Below, piece by piece: positions 41,347 to 51,037 of a stretch of 64,000 bases of DNA (position 1 is the first letter of the stretch; each line of letters opens with the position of its first letter). The notes beneath the pieces are model-generated. The model was not told the DNA's origin. It ran no database searches and worked only from the letters and a program-made list of their open reading frames with translations. Source of the stretch: Opitutia bacterium (GTDB lineage: Bacteria > Verrucomicrobiota > Verrucomicrobiia > Opitutales > T3Sed10-336); contig JBJHCF010000006.1 in the NCBI GenBank assembly GCA_050506795.1, forward strand, positions 1-64,000, given 5' to 3'. The translations under genes and the position numbers were made by a program.

Positions 41347-42114
41347 CTTGGTACGTGGCGGAAGGGTTTAGCCGACAACGTCTCTTTTTCCTGCTGATGG
41401 ACGACCTTATCCAGATCGCGGCGACGTCGAGTTGCTCGCTCTGGCCGTAGCCAGGATGTGGCAGCGCCTCGGGCTCTCTCGGGAGGCCTCCGGGATCCGG
41501 CGGCATGAAGCGTACCTTCCTTCGCTTTGAGGAGTAAGTGGGTTGTTCTCCCGGAATTCAGGAAGGGGTGCGTTTGCCACGAAGGCATTGATCAACACCA
41601 TTGAGCAGCACTTCCCTCGCCCAAGTGGTAAATCGTTTCTGCCCTCTGAACACCGGTGCCAAGCCAGTCGCACAGAGAATCAGTTTTCACTGTAAAGATA
41701 TCGCCCCTCCTTTTTTCGAATTTCTCTGGGAGGCTGGTGCCGGAGGGGACGATCCTCCAGAATCTGTCCGCTTCCTCCTCACTCTTGAGATCGAGGTAAT
41801 GCTTTCGAATGACAGCCTCCGAGTTTCACGGGTGGCACGCATTGGGTGCGGTTGTTCCACTTCACTCCTTCGGGATGGTGGTGTCTCCCCAGAATAGCTG
41901 GGATTTATGCAGAGATGCGTTCGACCAACGCTTTTCCCCAGGAAGGAAGATCGGGAGGGGTCGGGCCGAGATCAGGTGCCCGTCGCATTCCACCGCTTCG
42001 TCGACCCAGTCAGCGCCGGCGTTGGAGGAGCATTTTCGGGAAACGGCGGGATCGACGGGTGCCGACGGGGGTTTCGCTTGTCCCCGCATTATTGGGGAAA
42101 TAGGGTAATCATCT

Positions 42115-42423
42115 ATGAAGGCTGCCCAATTTGAGGAATACGGAAATCCGGCGGAAGTGCTCTCTTGCGTGGAGTTGCCCGCACCCGGAACGCCGTCCGG
42201 AACCGAAATTATTGTGCGGATGGAAGCGGCCCCAATCAATCCCGCCGACTTGCTGATGATCGCCGGAGAGGTGCCGACTCTGTATAAACGGCTTGTTTCG
42301 ATGCTGGCGGAGGGCAAGCTGCACGTGTCGGTGGCCGCCCGATACCCGCTGGCGCAAGTCAAGGAGGCGGTAGAGCACGCCGGCCGGGGCGGCCGGGACG
42401 GGGAGGTTCTGCTGATTTGCTGA
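42115..42423 (+). pseudogene. MDR (enoyl-reductase/alcohol dehydrogenase-like) gene with in-frame internal deletion
   Basis: MKAAQF..YGNPAEVL..AAPINPADL is joined to the C-terminal LAEGKL..YPLAQVKEAV..GEVLL; 102 aa with no Rossmann domain. Confidence 0.78.
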
Positions 42424-42474
42424 GGGGGAGTTCGTGCTGCTTACGGGAGGCAAATATCGCGAAAGGATGAAAAG

Positions 42475-43860
42475 ATGAGACGAACACTATTTGTGGGCCT
42501 GGCTGTGGCGCTAACCTGGCCTGGCTTGGTGCAGGCGGAGCGGGTAGTGCAGCGCGAACTGGACGTGGGACCGACGTGGTCGGTGCATCAGACCGCCAGC
42601 CCGAAACTCTACACCCGTGACGGGTATCAGTACGTGCTTTATTACGACGATGAGCGCTATCTTTGCCTGGCCCAACGGGAGTTAAATACGGGTGAATGGA
42701 CGCATCACCGCTTGCCGGTTCAGACGCGGTGGGCAACGGGAGGGCACGCCCGTCTCGCGTTGGCGGTCGACGCCGATGGGCACGTGCATGTGGCTCCGTA
42801 CCGGCGAGATCTGGCTGAATCACCGCCGAGCCCTCCGGACACGATCTATTATCGCAGCGAGCAGCCGCACGATCTGGACACGCTCCAGCGCAGGCCGATG
42901 GTCGATTTGGATGAGCCGAACCCCGGCTACCCCACGTTCATCGAAGGCCCGGACGGGACGCTCTACTTCGAGTACCGCATCGGCGGCAGCGGCCAGGGCT
43001 CGCAGCGGTGGAACGTCTATGATGCCCAGCGAGGCACATGGGAGGCATTGCCGGTGATGCTGGATGGCGAGGGTGAACGCAGCGCCTACGGCGGTCCGCG
43101 CCTGGGCCCGGACGGGCGATGGCACTGCTTCTGGGTCTGGCGGGAGACGCCCGATGCCGAGACGACCAATATTGTGGCCTACATGCGAAGCGAGAATCTG
43201 CGGGATTGGGAGACGGCTGCCGGCGAGGAACTCGAGTTGCCCATTACCGCGAAAAACGAAAAGGTGGTGGTCGATCCGGTAGAGCCGGGCAAGGGGCTGC
43301 TGAATTCGATCAAGGCCCTTGGTTGGGATTCGCAGGACCGGCCGATCGTGAGCTATCACAAGTACGACGAGCAGGGCAACAGCCAGATCTACAACGCCCG
43401 GTATGAGAACGGCCGCTGGTGGATTGTGCAGGCGACAGATTGGGATTTCCGCTGGGACTTCAGCGGCAGGGGCGCGCTGAACGAGCAGATCGGGACGCAG
43501 GGCCCCGAGCCGGCCGGTGCAGGGCAACTTCACCAGCGGGTTTGGTCTGGCGAGCGTGGCTCGCAGCGGCTGGTACTCGATGAGCGGACGCTCAAGCCGG
43601 TTGAGGATCCGGAGCAGGTCGAGGCGGTGGGGGTGGCCGATGGGTTGGCTGCCTGGCAGCGCGAGCGCAGCGATCCGGAGTCGGAGTTTGCCGCAAGGCC
43701 GATGCGGGTGCATTGGATCGCGGACAAGGGCGAGACCGATGAGCCGGGCGTGGAATACTGGCTGCGCTGGGAAGTCGGCCCACGAAACCGGGACCAGCCG
43801 GTTTCCGAACCGTGGCCCGAGGCAACCATGCTGCGGTTGTATCGGGTAGGGAGTCGATAA
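42475..43860 (+). CDS. Secreted BNR_4-type beta-propeller protein (putative polysaccharide lyase/hydrolase)
   Basis: Signal peptide; QYVLYYD; YPTF; EYRIGGSGQG; WVWRETPDAET; YMRSENLRDW. Confidence 0.75.
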   Translation: MRRTLFVGLAVALTWPGLVQAERVVQRELDVGPTWSVHQTASPKLYTRDGYQYVLYYDDERYLCLAQRELNTGEWTHHRLPVQTRWATGGHARLALAVDADGHVHVAPYRRDLAESPPSPPDTIYYRSEQPHDLDTLQRRPMVDLDEPNPGYPTFIEGPDGTLYFEYRIGGSGQGSQRWNVYDAQRGTWEALPVMLDGEGERSAYGGPRLGPDGRWHCFWVWRETPDAETTNIVAYMRSENLRDWETAAGEELELPITAKNEKVVVDPVEPGKGLLNSIKALGWDSQDRPIVSYHKYDEQGNSQIYNARYENGRWWIVQATDWDFRWDFSGRGALNEQIGTQGPEPAGAGQLHQRVWSGERGSQRLVLDERTLKPVEDPEQVEAVGVADGLAAWQRERSDPESEFAARPMRVHWIADKGETDEPGVEYWLRWEVGPRNRDQPVSEPWPEATMLRLYRVGSR

Positions 43861-43896
43861 GAAGCTTGGTTAGGTTGGGAACGGTATCAAGCGATC

Positions 43897-44523
43897 ATGG
43901 GACTCTACGCAAAGTACGTTCTTCCCCGTGTGATCGACATCGCGATGCGCAACAGGGAGGTCGAACGCCTCCGGGCCGAATGGATACCGAAGGCCCGCGG
44001 AGAAGTCCTGGAAATCGGCATCGGCTCCGGGCTGAACCTGCCCTTCTATTCGTCTGAGGTGGCTCGAATCCATGCCGTGGACCCTTCACCCCAGCTCTTG
44101 AAGATGGCCCGAGAACGGGCGGCCAGGACCGCATTCGACCTTGAATTCCTCAGCCAATCCGCCGAGGAAGTCCTGCCCGTGGAGCCCGGCAGTATCGACA
44201 CGGTGGTGATCACCTGGAGCCTTTGCTCCATCCAAGATCCGGAAAAAGCCCTTGAGCAGGCGAGGCGGGTTCTGAGGGCCGACGGAATGCTTATTTTCCT
44301 GGAGCATGGTCGAGCTCCCGATCCTTCCGTGCGTAAATGGCAGGATCGGATCACTCCCTGCTGGAAACATGGAGCGGGAGGGTGTCACCTGAATCGGGAG
44401 ATCGACACGTTGATTCGCGAATCCGGCTTCCAGATTGCGGAGTTGACGAAAGACTATCTTCGAGGGCCGCGCCTGCTGACATACACGTATCGGGGAGTTG
44501 CCTTTCCTCCTGATGGGCTATGA
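43897..44523 (+). CDS. Class I SAM-dependent methyltransferase
   Basis: VLEIGIGSGLN; FLEHG; GGCHLNR. Confidence 0.9.
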   Translation: MGLYAKYVLPRVIDIAMRNREVERLRAEWIPKARGEVLEIGIGSGLNLPFYSSEVARIHAVDPSPQLLKMARERAARTAFDLEFLSQSAEEVLPVEPGSIDTVVITWSLCSIQDPEKALEQARRVLRADGMLIFLEHGRAPDPSVRKWQDRITPCWKHGAGGCHLNREIDTLIRESGFQIAELTKDYLRGPRLLTYTYRGVAFPPDGL

Positions 44524-44701
44524 ACGTCGCCGTTCATCCGGCAGGACAGCTGGCGCCGTTGGAGCAGGAAGCGGTGAGGACGCCGGCGAAGTTGTGCGGG
44601 TGAGAGGTGGGGGCTTCTATGGGTTCTCCTCGCGGGTTTTTGCGGGCGGACTCTTAGCTGCACAATAAATGGCCGTGGATTCAACTGCCGTGCCTATCGC
44701 A

Positions 44702-44731
44702 TTGACGTGGGTGACGATTTTCGCATATAAT
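44702..44731 (+). promoter_or_regulatory. Sigma-70-like promoter
   Basis: TTGACG-N18-TATAAT immediately upstream of the PEP-CTERM gene. Confidence 0.55.
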
Positions 44732-44738
44732 TATTTGC

Positions 44739-45389
44739 CTGAAACCTTTGCTGCCACTCCTGTTCTCCAGCATTTTCCTGGCGTCAACCGTCGTCGGGCA
44801 GATTATTTATTCCGGAGACCTGACGGCGACTGTGGGGCACGAAGGGGTTGATCTCAATGGAGACGGGGAGGCGAACCTTCGGTTGAATTGGGTTTTTCTG
44901 ACGACCACGGACATTCCCCCGTCCGCTCAACGCTCGTCGCTCGAAGTTACCCCTTTGCCCGGAAGCAGCATCCTGCGGAAAGAGGGAAGAGCGGGCCTTT
45001 CGGAAGGAACGCTCATCGGGGCCAATTCGTCCGAAGCGACCTGGGAGGCCTTGGGGAGACATTCGGTTACCTGGTTCCAAACTCCCGGAAGCGAAAAGTG
45101 GAGCGGTCCGGTGGGTGATGAAGGAGTGGGGTATGTCGGTTTTCGTTTCGAGTCGGAGCATGGGATGCGTTATGGATGGCTCCGAGTCCGATCGATCGAG
45201 AATGCCTTGAATCCGACCGGCGGTCTTTTTTGGCCCATCCCGGATTCCTGGGCCTACCAGGCTGAACCGGGGGTGCCCATTGTTGCGGGCGCGATCCCGG
45301 AACCCGCTCATGTTGCCGCATTGATCGGCCTGGCGGCGCTCACCATGGTGATCATGCGGCGACGATCAGTCATGTGGATTTCGAATTGA
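44739..45389 (+). CDS. PEP-CTERM sorting domain protein
   Basis: Signal-like KPLLPLLFSS; DLNGDG; YGWLRV; IPEPAHVAALIGLAALTMVIMRRR. The start is uncertain (CTG 44739 or TTG 44748). Confidence 0.82.
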   Translation: MKPLLPLLFSSIFLASTVVGQIIYSGDLTATVGHEGVDLNGDGEANLRLNWVFLTTTDIPPSAQRSSLEVTPLPGSSILRKEGRAGLSEGTLIGANSSEATWEALGRHSVTWFQTPGSEKWSGPVGDEGVGYVGFRFESEHGMRYGWLRVRSIENALNPTGGLFWPIPDSWAYQAEPGVPIVAGAIPEPAHVAALIGLAALTMVIMRRRSVMWISN

Positions 45390-46019
45390 GTTCATTTGAT
45401 TATCGCAGCTCGCGGTCCGGCGTTTGGTGACTGATAGGCCCGGAGGGCCACCACTGGCCCATCCCCACCCCGAGAGGGCAGCTCCCGAGGGCTCCGAACC
45501 CAGAAAGGGGAGAAATGTTGTCCAATTCGTCAACAAATCCGGGGAGGTGGAGCGTGGTTGAGGGGAGCAAGCCGGCGATCTTGTAAACGGTGCGTGAGCG
45601 TGACCCTTAAGAGCTGCGAAACGATTCTCGGACCAAATAGGCCTTCATGCCTCTGGTCGATTTAGTTACCTGAGCGAACACGGGCTACAGTATTCATCTG
45701 TGGAGGACCCACTAAATAAAGTTAAAAAACAACCAATATCGACGAATCACTTGCGACATTGGATAGGCACAATGGTTTAGCAAACCCATTTACTGCAAAA
45801 ATCAAAGGGGTGCCACTATAGCGGGAGAACCCAAAACTGTCCAATTTTTTGCTTTGCGTGTCGGGGCCTCCGGGGCGATCGCCCTACGGCTGTGCTCCGT
45901 CCAAGATTCTCTAAGGCGTTGATGTTATGAGAAATGTGATTGAGCTATGTCAAGAGGTGTAAAATTCGGAAAAAATGTTCGAATTCTTGATTGACATGTT
46001 TTTGGGGTTCTGTATTTCG

Positions 46020-46034
46020 TGGAATCCTACGAGA
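46020..46034 (+). promoter_or_regulatory. Putative GntR operator downstream of TTGACA (45991)
   Basis: TGGAATCCTACGAGA; matches 57387-57401 at 13 of 15 positions. Confidence 0.55.
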
Positions 46035-46060
46035 AACGCAAAAATTTCCTGATCTCGAAT

Positions 46061-46753
46061 ATGAAGAGTGAAATGAAACTGAAGAAGAGTAACCTCTATG
46101 GGTTTACCCTAATCGAGTTGCTAACGGTGATTGCAATAATAGGTATTCTCGCCGCAATACTTATACCCGTTACAGCAAAGGTTCGAGAATCCGCTAAACG
46201 AGCGATTTGCACATCGAACTTGAGGCAAATCGGACTCTCCGCATTTCTCTATGCAAACGAGAACAATGATCGACTCCCAGTCATGACTGAACCGGGATGG
46301 CCCTTCGATGTCGATGTTGCGGTTATGAACCGACTTATAGAAACAGGCGGGGGCGAGCGGGATATGTTCTATTGTCCTTCGGCCAGAGTCGGATTCGAAC
46401 AGTTGTGGGACTATCGAGTCGGGGACGATAACGAGTCCGGGCGAAGGGTAATCAATTATGTTCTTCTATTTACGGGTGTTTCAATGGTCAGAAGCGAATA
46501 TACGAATACCCACGTTAGGGAGCCGGATGGTTACCGAAAACCAGGCAGTCGTGATGTCGTGTACCTAACAATGAGTCAGAGGGAGTTAGCGCTTGATGCA
46601 ATAATACCCAGCCGCGTTGACCGCACTAATCATATAGAGGGCAATTCCCCTGCTGGAGGTAATATTCTCTTCTTAGATGGGCATGTTAAGTGGCGAACAT
46701 TTTCTGAGATGGATGGATCAAAAGTTAACGGTAGCCCTGAGTTTTGGTGGTAG
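46061..46753 (+). CDS. Prepilin-type N-terminal cleavage/methylation protein with H-X9-DG-type C-terminus
   Basis: [45 protein letters not shown]. Confidence 0.93.
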   Translation: MKSEMKLKKSNLYGFTLIELLTVIAIIGILAAILIPVTAKVRESAKRAICTSNLRQIGLSAFLYANENNDRLPVMTEPGWPFDVDVAVMNRLIETGGGERDMFYCPSARVGFEQLWDYRVGDDNESGRRVINYVLLFTGVSMVRSEYTNTHVREPDGYRKPGSRDVVYLTMSQRELALDAIIPSRVDRTNHIEGNSPAGGNILFLDGHVKWRTFSEMDGSKVNGSPEFWW

Positions 46754-46865
46754 AGTCAACCTAGCGAGGGTCTTCCGCCTAAGAATAAATATCTGGATGC
46801 CCAAATCTAAATAACAAAATAACAAAAATGCGATGAATGACGTAATTAAAATTAATCTGCGTGAA

Positions 46866-49550
46866 ATGAAGTTCACATCAGCTTTAGGATTCATATGCGT
46901 ATCGTTGTTTTTTACAATTTCGATCGTCGAAGGCGATATCACAGACAATCTGATTGGTCACTGGAAACTTAATGAAAGCGACCCAAATAGTCTAGTCGTT
47001 TTAAACTCCGCTCCTGTGGCCGATCCTGAACATGGGGAGCGAACTCAAACGATGCAATTGAATCGCGTGTCACCGACAGGAACGGGTTACTACTTTGACG
47101 GTGCTGGGAATAATGACTTTGTGAGTTTGGGAACATCATATGTAGATAAACTTCGCGACGTGCGTGAAATGTCTTTTAGCGGCTGGATCTGGATGGACTT
47201 CCTCCGTCCATTGACCAATCCGGATCAACCGTTTCACAGCAGACAGACAATTATAGGTGCGAATTTCAGGTGGTATCTGACTCTAGAGCAGGAAGGCCTG
47301 TTTCGCTACATTGTTTTCGATCAAGAAGAGGGTGAGTGGCAGGGAATAAATCCATTGTTTGAGTTTGAACCGCGAATACCGGCAAAAGAATTCGTTCATA
47401 TTGGCTTTACTCATGGGTATGATCCCGAGTGGGACGACATGCCCATGCGATTGTATATCAATGGAGAGTTGGTGGATGAATTTTTTGCGCATCCATCAAT
47501 AGATAATTTGAAAATAGATGGCGACGTTTTGCATTTGGGGCGGTTCGAGGGATTTAATGTTGAACATTTGGCGCGAGATTTTGATGGGGTGATGTCGGAC
47601 ATCGGCCTGTGGGCGGGCCGAGAACTTACTCATGCGGAAATCGCGATGATCGGTGGCATGGGCCGTGCCGGGGTGTCACTGTCCGCGGGCGAGATCGATG
47701 AAGTTTTGGCACTGTACACCGACCAGGGTGGCACGGTGACCACGGGGGATTGGGAATGGAGTTACACGACGAGTTTTGGCATACCGGCGGATGGTTCGGC
47801 CCTGGGATTGGGTAAGCATTATTACGGGGAGGACGATCATATTTACGTGATTCTGGGTGGCAGTGAGGGTAATTGGACGGGGGTCACCGCCGAGGGTGGG
47901 GAACCGTTCGGCATTCCGATCCGGATCCTGGAAGAACCGGAAGACGTGATTGTGAACGCGGGTGAAACGGCCATGTTCGAAGTTGAAGTGGCATCGGTGG
48001 GGGCCGTTGAATATCAGTGGCACTTCCTGCCTCTGGGTGGTTCATCAGTGGAACTTGTGGGAGAAACGGGTTTAGTCTTAACACGCGAGAATGTTGGAAT
48101 CGAGGATTGGGGGCATTATTTTTGTGAGATCAGCGAGGTGGATGGCGATTTTTCGGTGATTAGTCGTCAGGCCTCTCTGACGATTCTAGGGACGTCTGGC
48201 TTGATTGGGCATTGGAAACTGGATGAGACGGACCCGGCCAGCCTTGTAGTGCACAACTCGGGCCTTATTGGAGGGCCGGGTGAGCGGACCACTACCATTG
48301 AAATCAATCAGACTGCTCCGGTGAGCCGGGGGTATCTGTTTGATGGAGTTGCGAATGACGACGTAGTGGCGATTGGAACATGGCCTCGGCAGTTATTGAA
48401 CACAACCAACGAATTGACCTATTCGGCATGGATTAAGCCGACGTTTCTGCGTGACCCGAACCCTTCGGCCGCTCATACTACCAGGCATAATCTGATCTCA
48501 CTGGGGAACCCCGCGCAACAAGCCTCCTTTTTTGTGAGTCTTCAAACGAGCGATCCTGGAGAAGCCCAGTTCTTTATTTGGGTGCCTGATGGTCAGGCAA
48601 CCTGGTTTATCACTGAGATACCCGAACCGGTAAAGGTGGGCGAGTTTACACATGTGGCGGTTACCCGTGCGGAGACCGGTCCCGATGAAACAACCGCCTA
48701 TGTCTACGTCAATGGCGTGATGGTCCATGCGCAAGGAGGATTGTCGGCTGGCAATTTTCAGATCAGCGATCATCCGAATTATCTTGGGCGTCAACATGGT
48801 CTTCCGGCGCGAGATTTTGACGGCATCATGTCGGATGTCGGCCTGTGGTCGGGTCAGGCGTTGAGCGGGGCGGAAATTGCGATCATCGGTGGTTTGGGGC
48901 GTGCCGGTTTTTCCCTTTCTTCAAGGGGCGAGATTGATGAAGTTTTGGCACTGTATACTGCCCAGGACGGCACGGTGATCACCAGGGATTGGGAATGGAG
49001 TTACACGACGAGTTTTGGCATACCGGCGGATGGTTCGGCCCTGGGATTGGGTAAGCATTATTACGGAGAGGACGACCATATTTACGTGATTCTGGGTGGC
49101 AGTGAGGGTTCCTGGACGGGACTTAAATCCGAAGCGCGCGAACCTGGCGACGGATACGATGCGTGGGCGGCAGGTTTTGGTCTTGATCCGTATGGCGACG
49201 GAGCCTTTGACTCCAATCCTTCAGGAGACGGTATCGAAAACCTGCTCAAGTACGCGCTTGGTCTGAATCCGCACCTTTCCGAACGCGGTCACATGCCATG
49301 GGAGACCATTCAACAAATTGACGGAGAGAATTACCTGACCCTGACCTTCACTCGGCCAGGGAACCTGACGGACGTCATTTATCATGTGGAGGCATCGGGC
49401 GATCTGGCGGACTGGACATCCCCTGCGGTGCAATACGGGGAACCAGTCGAAAACGGAGACGGCACTGTTACGGTTACCTACCGTGATTCGGAACCGATTG
49501 GCGAGGCTGATCGGCGCTTTCTTCGCCTACGTGTGGAACGGGGTCTCTAG
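46866..49550 (+). CDS. Secreted protein with two LamG-like domains, an Ig-like domain and the conserved C-terminal domain
   Basis: LIGHWKL and FDGxMSDxGLW each occur twice; VEYQW..GHYFCEI (Ig); GDGIENLLKYALGLNP..FLRLRV. Confidence 0.88.
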   Translation: MKFTSALGFICVSLFFTISIVEGDITDNLIGHWKLNESDPNSLVVLNSAPVADPEHGERTQTMQLNRVSPTGTGYYFDGAGNNDFVSLGTSYVDKLRDVREMSFSGWIWMDFLRPLTNPDQPFHSRQTIIGANFRWYLTLEQEGLFRYIVFDQEEGEWQGINPLFEFEPRIPAKEFVHIGFTHGYDPEWDDMPMRLYINGELVDEFFAHPSIDNLKIDGDVLHLGRFEGFNVEHLARDFDGVMSDIGLWAGRELTHAEIAMIGGMGRAGVSLSAGEIDEVLALYTDQGGTVTTGDWEWSYTTSFGIPADGSALGLGKHYYGEDDHIYVILGGSEGNWTGVTAEGGEPFGIPIRILEEPEDVIVNAGETAMFEVEVASVGAVEYQWHFLPLGGSSVELVGETGLVLTRENVGIEDWGHYFCEISEVDGDFSVISRQASLTILGTSGLIGHWKLDETDPASLVVHNSGLIGGPGERTTTIEINQTAPVSRGYLFDGVANDDVVAIGTWPRQLLNTTNELTYSAWIKPTFLRDPNPSAAHTTRHNLISLGNPAQQASFFVSLQTSDPGEAQFFIWVPDGQATWFITEIPEPVKVGEFTHVAVTRAETGPDETTAYVYVNGVMVHAQGGLSAGNFQISDHPNYLGRQHGLPARDFDGIMSDVGLWSGQALSGAEIAIIGGLGRAGFSLSSRGEIDEVLALYTAQDGTVITRDWEWSYTTSFGIPADGSALGLGKHYYGEDDHIYVILGGSEGSWTGLKSEAREPGDGYDAWAAGFGLDPYGDGAFDSNPSGDGIENLLKYALGLNPHLSERGHMPWETIQQIDGENYLTLTFTRPGNLTDVIYHVEASGDLADWTSPAVQYGEPVENGDGTVTVTYRDSEPIGEADRRFLRLRVERGL
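47746..47827 (+). repeat. 82-bp exact intragenic direct repeat (second copy 48985-49066)
   Basis: GGGATTGGGAATGGAGTTACACG...GCATTATTACGG is identical in both copies, within a longer diverged duplication. Confidence 0.9.
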
Positions 49551-49676
49551 AAGGTAGTTTAGGGCTGTGAAAACGGGGTGGATTGTTGCGTTGGGAACGT
49601 CTGGAACCAGGCATTGACTTGCCTGGTGGTTATTGAAATGTGGGCCGTCCGAGATCGCATGGAGAAAGAAATTAAG

Positions 49677-50966
49677 GTGAATTTTCCGATTCGTTTGTTA
49701 ACGGTGTTAGTATTTTCGGCGTGCGTTTCATTCGGTGAATACTCTCTGGCAGGGGCGGACAAGCCTCCTGGTGTCGTGGTGTCCCATTCGCCGCATGTGT
49801 CAGGAGTTTATTATGGTTCACCGAGCGTATTGGCTGTCGATAGTGATGTGTATCTTGTGTCTCATGACGAGTACGGACCGAATGTTTCTCCGAGTAGCCG
49901 GAGCACGCATGTGTATAGATCCGCCGATGCGGGAGAGACTTGGGAAAGAATCGCCAGGATCGGAGATGTGGGATTGCACTGGTCGAATCTCTTCGCGCTT
50001 AACTCGAATAAATACCTGTTTGGCGCGGATAAGTATGGTAATACGGTGATTCTTAAGTCGGAAGACGAAGGATGGACTTGGACACGGCCACTGGATGAGC
50101 ACACTGGGCTGCTGAAGGAGGGGAGTTATCACCCCCTTTCGCCCGGGGTGCTGGTGCATAACGGCCGGGTCTGGCGTGCGAATGAGTACGCCCGCCCGGG
50201 GGAGCGTTGGGGATCGAACTTCGAGGCGTTCGTGATGAGTGCTCCAGTGGATTCCGACCTCCTCATAAGCGAAAGTTGGATCTTGTCAAATCGGATCGGC
50301 TATAACGCGGAATGGCTAGAGGGCCGCTTCGGTGGGTGGTTGGAAGGTAATGCCGTGGTCACGCCCGACGGGGCAGTGGTGAACATGTTGCGCGTGCAGT
50401 TTGGAGCCAATCGTTTCAATAGTACTTGGAGTGGGTACGATGGTGTCGGCAAGGCGGCGATTCATGAGATCACCGACGACGGGGAGGTTGCCGCATTCGA
50501 TTCGGAGACCGGCTTTATTGAATTTCCCGGCGGTCTGGTCCGGTTTCAGATCCAGAGAGATCCGGAAACCGGCTACTACTGGTCCCTGACCTCGTTTGTC
50601 CCTCCGATCCACCGGGATGCAAAGTCGATCAGCGACCGGATCCGGAACACGGTGGCGCTGGTCCGGTCGACGGACCTGCGCACATGGGAGATCCGCACGG
50701 TGGTGCTCTATGAGCCCGATCCGTTCCGATTTGGGTTTCAATATCTAAGCTGGCAATTCGACGGCGACGATATGGTGGCGGTCAGCCGGACATCGTACCC
50801 GGACGAGACCAGCGCTGACGTCGGCTTTGGCATTGATCAGGCACATGACGCCAATTATATCACGTTCCATCGCTTTGAGAACTTCCGTGAACTGACCCTG
50901 GAGAATTCGGTGGTGAATCCAAGGGATTTGGGAATGATTGTCGAATCGTCCAATCGACCGTATTGA
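49677..50966 (+). CDS. BNR/Asp-box sialidase-fold glycosidase
   Basis: RSADAGETW, KSEDEGWTW, RSTDLRTW; WLEGNAV; GFQY; AHDANY. Confidence 0.85.
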   Translation: MNFPIRLLTVLVFSACVSFGEYSLAGADKPPGVVVSHSPHVSGVYYGSPSVLAVDSDVYLVSHDEYGPNVSPSSRSTHVYRSADAGETWERIARIGDVGLHWSNLFALNSNKYLFGADKYGNTVILKSEDEGWTWTRPLDEHTGLLKEGSYHPLSPGVLVHNGRVWRANEYARPGERWGSNFEAFVMSAPVDSDLLISESWILSNRIGYNAEWLEGRFGGWLEGNAVVTPDGAVVNMLRVQFGANRFNSTWSGYDGVGKAAIHEITDDGEVAAFDSETGFIEFPGGLVRFQIQRDPETGYYWSLTSFVPPIHRDAKSISDRIRNTVALVRSTDLRTWEIRTVVLYEPDPFRFGFQYLSWQFDGDDMVAVSRTSYPDETSADVGFGIDQAHDANYITFHRFENFRELTLENSVVNPRDLGMIVESSNRPY

Positions 50967-51037
50967 ATGCTCAACACCCATCGCAAAAAATCCAAAATCT
51001 TTATTGGGAAAAGTTAATGAAGAATAGGTCGAAAAAT

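Noticed and set aside
41350..42110. Short ORFs between the cobB stub and the MDR remnant
   Set aside because: No recognisable family or consistent frame; probably degraded sequence.
45390..45990. ncRNA or riboswitch in the long intergenic region
   Set aside because: Only short hairpins and one lone REP-like half (about 45871-45887); no recognisable RNA family. An Rfam search would be needed.
47746..49109. Diversity-generating retroelement TR/VR pair
   Set aside because: No reverse transcriptase in the window, both copies are coding, and the differences are not adenine-specific.
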